Source: Octopus vulgaris (taxonomy: Eukaryota). Taken from it: a DNA stretch of 64,000 bases. Each line of letters opens with the position of its first letter. The stretch's first letter is position 1. The position numbers were made by a program, and so were the translations under genes. Where the stretch lies: positions 5,890,001 through 5,954,000 of the forward strand of contig OX597817.1 of the NCBI GenBank assembly GCA_951406725.2, read 5' to 3'. Positions 52,685 through 64,000 of this stretch are shown here, in pieces. The notes under the pieces are model-generated. The model did not search any database. It was not told where the DNA came from and saw only the letters and a list, made by a program, of their open reading frames with translations.

Positions 52685-53953
52685 CTGGGTGGGGAAAAAG
52701 TAAGTAGGAATTAAAAATTAGTAATAATAAAATCTACATTCCTTTTACAAATTTATTGAAACAAATGATACATGTTCTTAATTACATGCGAAAATGAAAA
52801 TAAATCTTCATATTTCAACGTAAGCACCGGCGGCGTCAACCAGTTCCCTCAAACTCCCAGGGATGAAATGAACAACCTTCTGAAGGCCGCCGTCCGTGGT
52901 ATGAGTGTGAATCCGTGTCTCCAAGTCCTCCCAGGTGCGAGGTTTTGTCTTGTACACCTCAGCTTTTGTGATACTTCACAGGTAAATATCACATGCAGTG
53001 AGATCTGGAGTTGTTGGAGTTCTGGACCTCTGAATTTCTGCGGTCACAGTCTGCAGGTTTTAGCTCCTTCACGTAATGGGGTTTCCACGGAAGAAAATTC
53101 AATTCTTAATGCAACATCGTATGTATTGCGTGTCTTGTTTCCACTTCCACGAGTTGCTTGACCAGTTGATTTTGCGGGCGGCGATTAAACCTTTCCTGCA
53201 CTGTTGCCGCGTTCTCCGCCGATCGGGATGTGCTTGGACAGCTACTTCTTCTTGCGTCGTTCACAGAGCCCGTAGTCATCAGGTTTGCATGACAACTTTT
53301 TATTGTCTCTGGACGTAGTGTTGCATACTTACCTTTCCATGCACGCCACCATCTCGGAATCAAAACAATGGAATTCTACACATCATAGCGTGCTGCTATC
53401 TTAGCTACTTCCTGAACAGTCAAGTGACCAGCCATCTTCAAAATAGGAAATCTTTATATATAAAAGTAAGATTCCTAACTACTCCCACATTTTGCGGTGC
53501 AGTTTAACCAAAACCGGGTATCTTATAGTCGTGATTCATATCGAGCCCTTCTGGGTATTAGCGCGCGTCTACGATGAGTCTACGATTTAAAAAAAAATTA
53601 CCATAAATTTTTCCCATTTTCTTAATGCATTTTTGGCATATATAAGGGAAGTAACTCTCAAAAAATTTATTATTAAATCTCAGAACGTAAAAAGCTACAG
53701 TAACACCCCCATTTGTGGTTAGCCATATTGAGATGGCTATTATACTTTACATCTCTAAAAATACTTATATAGTTATTTCCCTTACAAACCCGAGCAACGC
53801 CGGGCGATACTGCTAGTAAGAAATAAGACAATAAGAAAATTAAAAAAATCACCACTAGTGTTCTTTGTTTCAAAAATGTTTTCGTCATGACTTCAGTGAT
53901 GCTAAATATTCTATAAGCAATTTCTAATGCCTTGTTACTTTTCACCCACCCTG
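52685..53953 (-). mobile_element. Internally deleted Tc1/mariner element (rosa/maT-like)
   Basis: TA-flanked TIRs c(a/t)gggtggg(t/g)gaaaagtaa. Residual TTGSVNDARRS, PDLTACDIYL..KAEVYKTKPRTWEDL and VDAAGAYVEI*. Confidence 0.8.
53451..53816 (+). mobile_element. Non-autonomous Helitron nested in the Tc1/mariner element
   Basis: A|TC...CCCGAGCAACGCCGGG...CTAG|T; same family as 18633-19028. Confidence 0.85.
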
Positions 53954-53987
53954 TAGATACATATATCTATATATATATATATATATA

Positions 53988-54160
53988 CAAAAGACGAAGG
54001 CAGGTGGTGTAGTCAACAACAAACAAATGTATTAGTATAACGAACGGGAAGTGAAAAAGCCTTTAACGTTTCGAGCCTATGCTCTTCCACAGAGAGGAAC
54101 ACAGAAAGAAACAAGGAGAGAAATTACAGAATATGTAATGGCTAGCGATCTATCTGGCGA
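53988..54160 (-). mobile_element. Family E pLTR with a variant hammerhead at 54061-54096
   Basis: CTCT CTGTGGA A GAGC atag GCTC GAAAC GT T AAAG. Confidence 0.7.
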
Positions 54161-54207
54161 ATATATATATATATAAGATATAAGTTAGAAGTGTTAAGCC
54201 CTCTAAG

Positions 54208-54555
54208 AGATAGAAGTGTATCCTTGGTGCTAAAAAGCCATTATTTAATTAGTTAAGCAAGGTGAAGGTAAGAGTGAGATTACAGTTGTTACTGTCTACC
54301 ATATGGAGGTAAATATGTATTTACCTCGTTGCAAATGGTAGACGTCATCCTTTTCCGAATTCTCCCTCTATCTCTCACTCTATTCTCCTTTTTATCTATC
54401 TCGGCCTTCTTTGTTCTGAAGACGTCTACCATTTGCAATGAGGTAAATGCATACTTGCCTCAACATGGTACACAGAAACAGCTGTAAACTCACTCTTACA
54501 TTCACCTCAACTAATTAAATAATGGCTTTTTAGCACTAAAGATACACTTCTATTT
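54208..54555. mobile_element. Inverted pair of Penelope-like pLTRs
   Basis: 54208-54348 is the diverged reverse complement of 54420-54555. Confidence 0.75.
54413..54489 (+). ncRNA. Type I hammerhead motif with a long stem II
   Basis: GUU CUGAAGA C GUCUACCAU...AUGGUACAC A GAAAC AGCU GUA AAC, with palindromic helix III ACAGCUGU. Confidence 0.65.
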
Positions 54556-54582
54556 GTTGTTTTTCCTCCATTTTCTTATCGT

Positions 54583-54662
<80 letters not shown>

Positions 54663-54718
54663 TTATGCACACATACATACATATTTGATTTACACCTGCG
54701 TTAAACTCCATTTATTTA

Positions 54719-54770
<52 letters not shown>

Positions 54771-54799
54771 CTGACATTATATATAGTGTCATTCCAGAT

Positions 54800-56700
54800 G
54801 ACAGAACTCAGTTTCAAATCCCCTTAATGAAAAGTTCGATGATTGGTGATTTTGTGTGTGTGCTAAATTGCCGTTAGCCTGCTGTCAGCCTATGCCCACT
54901 TTTAGTTGATGATTCAGTGCAGATAGTAATACTTCGGCTGTTTACAGCGTAGTTTGTTTTTAAATGGTTCTTATTCAGTTCCAATTTCTAAGTGTTTTAA
55001 GTTTCTCTTTATTTTTGCGGGAAGGCATGTTTTGAATTAGAGGCAGCAGATTCTATAAGTGACAATTGGAAATGTGAATCACATGCGCCCATCTTTGTTC
55101 TTGTTGCGATGTATTTGTTTATCGTTGTTAAATTCTAAATATTTGTATTGCTGGGGCTGTTGAATTTTAAGCAGTTTACTATCAATTTAATCTAGTTGAT
55201 CTTTATACTATCACTCTGATCTAGTGTAAAATACTCCCCTGCAACCATGTAGTATGGTATTTTAAACAACTGCCGTCATACAGTAAGGTATTCTGTGGTT
55301 ATTAGTGCAAGATATTGTAACTGGATTTTGCGCAACACTCTTCTATTTCGACAGTTATTTTACGTTTCTATTTGCGCATAGCAGCTCCCGAGTTAGTCAT
55401 GCAAATGTTGCTATTTTTACAGCAAGGCTGCAGTAATTGTGCAGCAGAGACTGTTTTTAAGGAATATCGGGTTGTCCGGAAAGTTCGTGCCAATTTTTAA
55501 AAGAAAGAAAATAGTCAATAAATACTTGCCATAACATTTTTAATCAACCAAATATGAACCATTTTGTTGCACAATGCGTCTCCATCTTTCCTTTAGCATG
55601 AAAATACCCTCTTCCCAGAATTGAGGTGGTTTAATGAAAAATAATTCATCAAGGTATCTTTTTACGTCATCCAAGGAATTGAAATTTTTACCATTAAGAG
55701 TATTCTGCAGAGACCTGAATAAGTGGAAATCCGAAGGAGCAATATCTTGTGAATATGGAGGGTGGGGGTAACACATCCCAGCCGAGCTGCAGCAATTTTT
55801 GTCTGGTTCCCAAAGCATCAAGTGCCGAAAATGAACTTTCTTATCTTCCATTTTAAAGGGTTACATGATTAACACAGGTTATAGGAACATAAACCATCTT
55901 CCACGAAAAGTAGCTTAAACTGTGCTCTAAATGGAGGTGTAGTCAAATCCGATTTTATGGACTCAACCATGTTCTGTTCTAAAATAAGTCGAAAGGTAAG
56001 CTACTATAAATCGGCACAAACTTTCCGGACGGCCCAATAGTTAAGGGTATGATATACGAGCGTTGTCCTTGTTTGCAGACATTTTTATATGGAGAGTTAA
56101 AGCATATGACGGTTCTTGTTCTGCTTCTTTTCCTGATGTTTGTGCATCTAATGCCTAGAAATATACGTTTTATTTTTATTGTATTCATTGCTTTAAAAGT
56201 TTTTGTTTTAATTGCAGAAAAATCCAACGTTTTTCTCTGCATATATACGCTGGACATTCTTTTTTGTTTGCGTTCACATCAAAACTTATTAAGAATACTT
56301 GGAGAATGTTATCGATCTATGTGGTTTTCCAGTAGGGCTACTATTTGTTATTGGATAGCAAGTATCCGACAATTTGCTAATCTAGTTTCCAGTAAGGTTG
56401 ATATTTACTAATGGATAGTAGTTCCACTGTGATGTCAAGGAAATTGACAGTTTGTTTGTAGACTGATTGCTTAATCCATATTGTTTGAACATTTTGCTTG
56501 ATCTTCGTGTAACTTGTCTGAGTAATGTCCGTTCGTATTACGGGAGAGTATAATGTAGGCATATCTACACAAACACCTATTTTGTAGATATTTAGTCATA
56601 TGTACACAAACATCACGTTGAGGACAATAGAGTTATTAATTCACATATATAAGTCAAAGCTGCCTATGCAGCACATTAATAAGTTCGTGGTATTTTGTGT
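54800..56700 (-). pseudogene. Decayed Penelope-like RT/GIY-YIG ORF, split by a mariner
   Basis: TVNFLDITVELL..KYQPYWK, HSPSIL and RKRSRTRTVICFNSPYKNV. The continuation left of 55465 is weaker. Confidence 0.65.
55467..56037 (-). mobile_element. Internally deleted mariner
   Basis: 30-bp TIRs with TA on both sides. ORF 55851-55540 joins MEDKKVHFRHLML to HPPYSQDIAPSDFHLFRSLQN. Confidence 0.92.
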
Positions 56701-57299
56701 AGTATTTTTAAAAATCACAACTTATTGGTTTCAGCTATGATCGAAATGATTCTTTTAATAAAATACATCAAACGAACATATCGCCCAAGTATAAAAGGTG
56801 TCATTGAAATAATTTTATTTTCAATGACTAAGGAGTGTTATTTCGAACTTCTGTAAACATAGTTATATTTGATTATTTCTTAGTTAAAGGCGCAAGACTT
56901 AATCAATAAAAGACTGAATTTATGAAAAGAAGCAAAACAGTTGCTGTTATTACACTAACAATATTAAAAGTTTAGCAAGGTCACTTCTTTGACGAGGAAA
57001 AGTTGTTTTTTTTAACACTGTGTACTTCAGCAATGTAAGGCTGTTTGAGGTTTTGTCTAGTTGCTAGAAACACGAATCTCTAATACTTTTGCTTTTTTTT
57101 TTCTTGAAATGTGAAGAAAGTCATGGTTCACACAAACTGAAAACTGATTCAATCACCAAACGTGCAAATCTCGAAAATAAATATTTGAAGAAGTTTAAAG
57201 GTTGGTTTTGCAAAAAAGATTACACGCATAACAAAGATTAACATTACGAATTAAATTTATATTGCTTCACATCAGGGAACAGAAATCACTAGAAAACAC

Positions 57300-57570
57300 A
57301 AATAAGTGCATACGACAGGTAAGTCACGTATTTTGCCTTCAAGAGAATGTTTGGTAATGAAGTTGAATAAGACATTCACAAAATTCCCATTCTTCAACAA
57401 TGCAGTCCAACGGAGAATGAATAAAGAAAAGAAATAAATCTTTTATTGAAGAAAGTAAATCGAATCTTGTTTTGTAAGTTGTCAAGCCAACTGATACTCG
57501 AGGAAAAGTACAGATCCAAGTATTCATTCATTTATGCAAGGAAGTGAAATTGTAAAGAATGTCTTATGCT
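57300..57570 (+). pseudogene. Small hAT (Buster-like) transposase relic
   Basis: MFGNE...KIP..NNAVQRR and TDTRGKVQIQVFI fragments. Confidence 0.45.
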
Positions 57571-58236
57571 TGTGCATGTGTGTACTTATGTGTGTGTGCG
57601 TGCGAGAGAGAGGGAGAGAGGAAGAGAGAGAGAGTAAAACAACATCTATTTCAAGTAACTGAGTTTGATTCAGAGAGATAAGAAGAATTTCGCTTTGAAG
57701 CTACGGTTTCGCATTTAATTTTACAGTGCGACACGTTGAGTAATTGTCTTCTGCTATACATTCAAGCCGACAAAATTTTGTGAATGAAATTTAGTTGATA
57801 TATAGATATGTCAAGAGTTGATATATCAATATCAACACTTAACATATCTATATATCTACCATATTTTGTTCTTGAGAAGATTTATTTAGATATTCAAAAT
57901 AAAAACAATGCTAGCGCAGAAAACTGAATCAAAACGCCACTAAACTACCTGGATCTATCTCACAGAAAAAATTATGATCCGATGCAAAAGTTTGGCGACA
58001 CAGGTGAAAAAACTGCGGCCAACAACTTGGAATATACATACATTCACTTTTATGTTTTAAAAATATTCTAGAATCAATACAGACCATGTATTTATCAAAT
58101 ATATAAAACGCTAATATATTTGGAGCTATGTCCAAAAAGTATGATGAAAATGAAGTATTTCAGTTTCCTGCTGGTTAAGTCATTCCTCTACGTTGATCGC
58201 ATTGATGACAAACAAAGCCGATCTTTGTGTAAAATG

Positions 58237-58716
58237 AGCGGGTTCTCGAGGTGGTCATTAAGCTCTGCAGTACTTTTTGGAGTTGCACTTTTTTGATTCT
58301 TTCTAACAGTTCGCGCAAGATTCCGACGGTCCCTATCTGAAAGTTTTGGTTTTCTTCTGGAGTTTTGTTTTGACAAGGAGGTTTTCCTTCTTTCTCAAAG
58401 GCTGTCATTACTTTGGAGACATTACTTCTTGATATACCAAACATTTCGGATGTTTTCGTTACGCTAGCGCATGCCATACGAGCACCAACAATTTGACCTC
58501 TTTTAAGTCCGATAGATCTGTCATTTTAAAGAATTTTTATTACTTTTTTCTGATAATATCTGAAAAAACCCAGCAATTTTAGCAAAACATATTAAGCAAC
58601 ACTAATAATAAATAAAAAAAAAACATAAAAATAAACAAGCTTTTGACGGTTTTATAGATATTTCTAAATTATGATGTTATGATGCTATGTATTTCCATAA
58701 TTTTGTCCAACCCCTG
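58237..58716 (-). mobile_element. 5' part of a Tc1 element
   Basis: TA|CAGGGGTTGGACAAAATTATGGAAA TIR and ATG at 58524. Frameshifted HTH RGQIVGARMAC...RKPKLSDRDRR. Confidence 0.85.
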
Positions 58717-59061
58717 TATATCATACCCAACTACAAATTCATAAAATATATGATATTGATATCAAAATGAAGCACTTTCTCATCAACCCAAAACCACAAA
58801 CTAGCAAGCCACAGAAAACACTTCAGACAGCCAGTGCAATATTTAATTTTCGATTTGAATATAAACGTTGTATACGTCATCACTTTCTCGTCAGTTGACT
58901 TTGCATTTTTAATAAGGTGCCATTGTAATTAATTATAATATAGTACTGGAAATAATATTGGGTAGAAGAAAAAAAACTTACTTGACAGCACTGGAACTTT
59001 ATATACAAACGTACTCATACCTACATATACAATCAAACACACACAAACACAAATACATATA

Positions 59062-59129
<68 letters not shown>

Positions 59130-59951
59130 AGCAATAATAAATCTCTGAACGAGGTATAAACAGTAGCTGCACGACAATGTGAAGTATATTTGCCACTTAA
59201 AGGTGGCTAACCACTAAGCGTGGATGCTACTGTAGATTGTAGCCATAGGAGAACATCTCCAGCTGGCTATTGACACACTTTCTGTGCCCTATCAGTATTT
59301 GCAAAGGGAAGCCATCCTTCCCATCGTCGACCTGACGTGATACGTACGGACCCGAGTTTCTGGGTATTTACCCGTCGTCAGCGCACGACAATCACCGGTC
59401 TTCGATGAGAAGGGGGGCCCAATGCAAATACATATATCCTTTTTCCAGTGACGAAAAGTCACTGATCTCGAAAAAGTGTAAACAAGTAATAATGAATCTC
59501 TGAACGAATTATAAACAGTAGCATATGATACACATAAAATGTGAGTGCGGACTATGATAGATATATTCATAGCAAAATACAAAATAAAAATCATCTTACT
59601 GATATTTCTAAAACCGACCAGGAAATCTAGCAATACTTAAAAAGGCAGTATTTTGAAATCCAGTATTTTTTTTATTCTGTCACTAATAATACAATTTTCA
59701 CGAGCCTTTGCGATATACTACAAAGTATGCGAGTAACAAATCTTTATTACCATCATTTAATTCTGATGATGAGGTGTAACGTTTATGGTCGAACGGATTT
59801 AGAACTGTTATTGTTTCATACTAAACATGAAAGGCAAATGAAAACAAAATAATAAATAAATAAATAAATAAATAAAGTAAATAAAGTAAATACTTAATAA
59901 AAAAAAATTAAACTCAAACACAATATTGTCTTTGGTATAGCTGTGACAAAA

Positions 59952-60169
59952 AAGGCGGCGAGCTGGCAGAAATGTTAGCACGGCGGGCGAAATGCGTAGC
60001 CGTATTTCGTCTGCCGCTACGTTCTGAGTTCATGTTCCGCCGAGGTCGACTTTCCCTTTCATCCTTTCGGAGTCGATTAAATAAGTACCAGTTATGCACT
60101 GGGGTCAATGTAGTGACTTAATCCGTTTGTCCTCTCTATGTTTAGCCCCTTGTGGGTAGTAAAGAAATA
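59952..60169 (+). mobile_element. SINE family B monomer
   Basis: 18-bp TSD ggtatag(c/t)tgtgacaaaa at 59934-59951 and 60170-60187. Confidence 0.9.
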
Positions 60170-60312
60170 GGTATAGTTGTGACAAAAGCTGTTGTCTGTT
60201 TATTTACACACACACACACACACACGCACACACGTACACTCACATACAAACACAAACACGCGCATACACACTCACGCACATACACACGCCTATCTATCTG
60301 TCTGTCTATCTG

Positions 60313-60378
<66 letters not shown>

Positions 60379-60699
60379 AATTTGGGTATGTATATACAGT
60401 GACCCAGCAACAAAGTTTGCTAAGGGGGTGCAAACCTAAGTCCTAATATTTTTATGAAAAATGTGCATTTTTCCAACGTTAACATAAAAAATGCATGTAT
60501 AATAATAATTTTTGTTATTATAAGGATTCGGCTGAAATGTTCATAATCTGAGCAAGACACTCTCAATCGAATGTGACCAAGTGAAGTTCATTTTCTAACA
60601 TAGTTCCTCTTACTGTCCGCACACAGTTGCAGTGCTTGGATCGCACTGCCGAAGAAGCTTTTCCGTTCATCAAAATGGTCATCAACAACAGATAAGATA

Positions 60700-60995
60700 G
60701 GGATGACACTTCCTGGAAAATTCCGAAGACTTCCTGGAGAGTTCCGACGATGAGACTTCCTGGAAAGTTTCGACGATGAGACTTCCAGGAATACTCCTAC
60801 GAATACCTGGAAAGTTCCGAGGATGGGATTTTCTAGACTGCCTGGAAAGTTCACATGATGAGAGAATTCTTGGAAAGTTCCGAGGACTTCCTGGAAAGTT
60901 CCGAGGACTTCATGGAAAGTTACGAGGGTGAGATTTCTGGATAATTCCGAGGATGGGAGACTTCCTGGAAAATTCCGATGGAAATTTCTGAGGAT
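60700..60995. repeat. Minisatellite, core gacttcctggaaagttccga
   Basis: About 11 degenerate units of 21-28 bp. Confidence 0.9.
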
Positions 60996-61162
60996 TATGT
61001 TTAAATATTGCTTGATAAATTTGTTCGTAAATTTTTTACAGGCATCCTCTCTGTTCGCCGGGTATGATTTGCGTCTGCGCAGAGGTTTGAAAAGTTAGGA
61101 TATACAAATCGTTAGATCTACATGTGCTTCTAACAGTCTGTGCGTCTAGGATTACGATGTCT

Positions 61163-61236
61163 TCCCACTGAAGAACCTGACCCGGCAAATATATTCTGTG
61201 TTTGCTAAAAATAGGTAGAAACCGTTCGGTCTGGGA
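61163..61236 (+). ncRNA. Type I hammerhead ribozyme motif
   Basis: UCCCA CUGAAGA ACCU...AGGU A GAAA CCG UU CG GUC UGGGA. All three helices pair, with a GUC site at 61229-61231. Confidence 0.75.
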
Positions 61237-61434
61237 TAGAGCTGAGATGGTAAATGTTTTTAATTTTCATTCCTTTCATGAATTTATCCCTTTTTGCGTT
61301 TCTAGCACTACGCTTCCTTATTTGGAAGCCTTTTATTATATTCCTATACGAAAAATATATAGTCTAATGACTAACTCGTCTTTTGTGCTAGGCCACTGGT
61401 ATTAATAATTTATTTTATTACCCTACTTGATTAT

Positions 61435-61487
<53 letters not shown>

Positions 61488-62420
61488 TATATGTTACAAA
61501 ATATAAAGTTATATCTTGAGATCGTTAGTGACAACAACGCTCAAAATATATAACAGACTGGAACAGTAGTGCTCAAATGAGCTGTATACACTTTTTAATC
61601 CGAGTGGAGGCAATGCGAGCAGCAACTACAAAAGCACTACAAAATCCACAGAAAGATCAAACACATACATATATCCATATATTCATTTATATCTACAGAA
61701 CAGACATAAAGCCCGACGTTTAGAAATATATAGTAATATAAACATCATATAAAAATATATTGTACCCATAAGATCCACTCGACGTTCCATAAGAAATTTA
61801 GAAATAAAAATTGCAATAAAAGTTAGAGGTAATGATAACAATTGAATTAAATATAGGAAGTATAGTAAGTAGTAATTAAATATATTTTATTTTATTAAAA
61901 TGGTAATTAAATCGTGATATAATAATTAAAAGAAAAAATAGCAATTAGTATAAAATGTATCAAGGACTTGAACTCGAATGAATGGGAGAAATTAAAAGAT
62001 GAAAAAGTTAATTGAGTGCAGAAGTGAATTAGTCCAGATGGACTAATATGAGCTGTGCTCATGCCATTTACTATAGCTGCTAGATTGAATTATATGCTTA
62101 TAAAGTAGCATTCAGTATCTATGAGAATTTTTGGGAGTACGTAATGTCTGGTCTTTCGCATGTAGCAGGTATGTAATTGTGCATTTGTTTCCGTGTTCTA
62201 TGTGTTGTGTGTAAAAAACATCCTGACGAGGGGACAGTCAATTTTAAATATATGATATGTTTTATATTAATTGGTGCATCTCCGATGAACTTTTACGTAT
62301 TTTTGTAAATTTGTATATTTATCTTCTATGTATTTTTCTCTGGAATTTTAATTCGTCTTTTTAATATGTCATTGTATGTTTTATTACCCCAAATTTTTAA
62401 TGTAACAAATTTATACCAAA

Positions 62421-62828
62421 CTAGCACTATGACCCAGCGTTGCAGGGTCATAATGCTAGTATGTATATATATTTAAAAGTTATAAAATATACTTGTTGCA
62501 GTCCTAATATTTAAAGAAAGATTCTTTTAAAAAAATATTGACTATTACAAAAAATTATTTGGAGCACAGAATGTTCCACTTCTTTCGGGATGAAATTTTT
62601 GTGTAGTGTGTATTTAGTCTTTAGGCGCTTTCGTTGTTAAACTTTTCAAACCCACGTGCTCTGGGCTGAATATGTGTGGTTTTGAAAAATCTTTCTTTTA
62701 CGTTAATAATAATATATGCATACATACAAACATTTATATATATATATATATTAGAGACGTGTGCGTGCGTTTGTCTACTTGAGAGAGAGAGAGAGAAAAG
62801 AGAGAAAGAGAGCAATATTTAGATAGAT
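62421..62828 (-). mobile_element. Probable decayed Helitron
   Basis: CTAG end with a GC hairpin at 62421-62460; the opposite end is uncertain. Confidence 0.45.
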
Positions 62829-62945
62829 ACATAGATAATCGTCCATATTTCTATTGAGCATTATATATTTTTATCTATGTACTAAAAACAGTAAATATAC
62901 ATAAGTGTACACGTATGTCCACGAAAGTAGATGAATATGCATAAT

Positions 62946-62977
<32 letters not shown>

Positions 62978-62985
62978 TGTATCTA

Positions 62986-63026
<41 letters not shown>

Positions 63027-63152
63027 CCATCCACGCATTTCAATAAATTCTTATTTTTATATATTTATGCGAGTTCGTATGCACATACAAGTTATAAATC
63101 TACCTACACACATGCACATAAATATATGTACATATTTATGTGTATGTGCATG

Positions 63153-63196
<44 letters not shown>

Positions 63197-63224
63197 TCTC
63201 TATCTGCTTCTCTCTCATTCCTTG

Positions 63225-63255
<31 letters not shown>

Positions 63256-64000
63256 ACTTAAATCAATCATATACTCAGTATGATAAAAAGAAATTATAAA
63301 GCAGAAGATTAGTGATCTTGGCATCTCATGGAATCGTCTGGCATTTACCGCGATACTAAATTGCCAGTTCCTATGCAAAGACTGAACAGACAGTTTAATT
63401 GTCTATTTTGACGCATGAAATGAATACATTCGACTTGCGTCAGAATAAAAATCGGATTTTTTCCCTCAGTACAATTATGGTTTGCCCAATGCCAACGAAA
63501 AAATAAAAGAAGTTTTCTTTTTTTTTTCTTCTTATATATCTTTTGCGTGTGTGAATGTCTATCTGTCCATAAAGAGGAAGATGGTCACCATCAGATTCTA
63601 TGGAGAGTTATGAGCAAACAAGCAGTAATTCTTGTTATTGATTTTCCCCAGATCAACCTTGATGGAGCAGACCTATGATCAAAAGCGTTCATGCATGACT
63701 ATATTGTCATTTTTGAATGATATAAAGTAGGTATGAATACATTATCTAATGAACTTGTGTATCCTTTTTAAGGTGAGAATGGAACTTAATCAAGATGCGG
63801 CTGATAGTCGTAGCACATTGTTCGGTCACTTAGAGAAACCATCCTTACCTCACGTGTATATATAAATATGTAAATAAATATGATATACTTAAATCAATCA
63901 TATACTATGTATAATAAAGAAAAATTATGAAGTATAACGTTGTATTTATGTTGTTGATTAGTTTGTAGTATAAAAAAAAATCGAACAGACACGAGCTGCT

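Noticed and set aside
49605-52714. MYVC, HTYI and YI-repeat ORFs
   Set aside because: These are microsatellite translations.
59763-59808. CTGATGA...GGTCGAAC possible hammerhead
   Set aside because: GAAA is incomplete and the stems are unpaired; at most a relic.

Overview
This is AT-rich, repeat-dense eukaryotic genomic DNA. The tRNA-derived SINE families, the microsatellites and the long tandem C2H2 gene suggest a coleoid cephalopod (Octopus-like); that assignment is an inference. One host gene is supported: a minus-strand, four-coding-exon C2H2 zinc-finger gene (42849-42818, 40847-40747, 38746-38674, 34379-33140). The exons join in frame to 481 aa with 13 C2H2 fingers plus one C2HC. The rest is mostly transposon material: four SINE groups, Penelope-like relics with hammerhead ribozyme motifs, R4/Dong-type and RTE-type LINE pieces, an ORF1-only (HAL1-like) retroelement, non-autonomous Helitrons, Tc1/mariner, Tigger and hAT relics, and several MITEs. 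Almost all other ORFs in the track are microsatellite or SINE artefacts. Four observations stand out. (1) Minimal type I hammerheads occur at several sites, including a family with a fixed CUGUNGA core. (2) One SINE inserts as head-to-tail multimers with a base-identical junction at its anticodon loop. (3) The SINEs show modular head, body and tail shuffling. (4) RLE-LINE 3' ends sit in (CATA)n arrays. Family names come from recognised motifs only; no database search was run.
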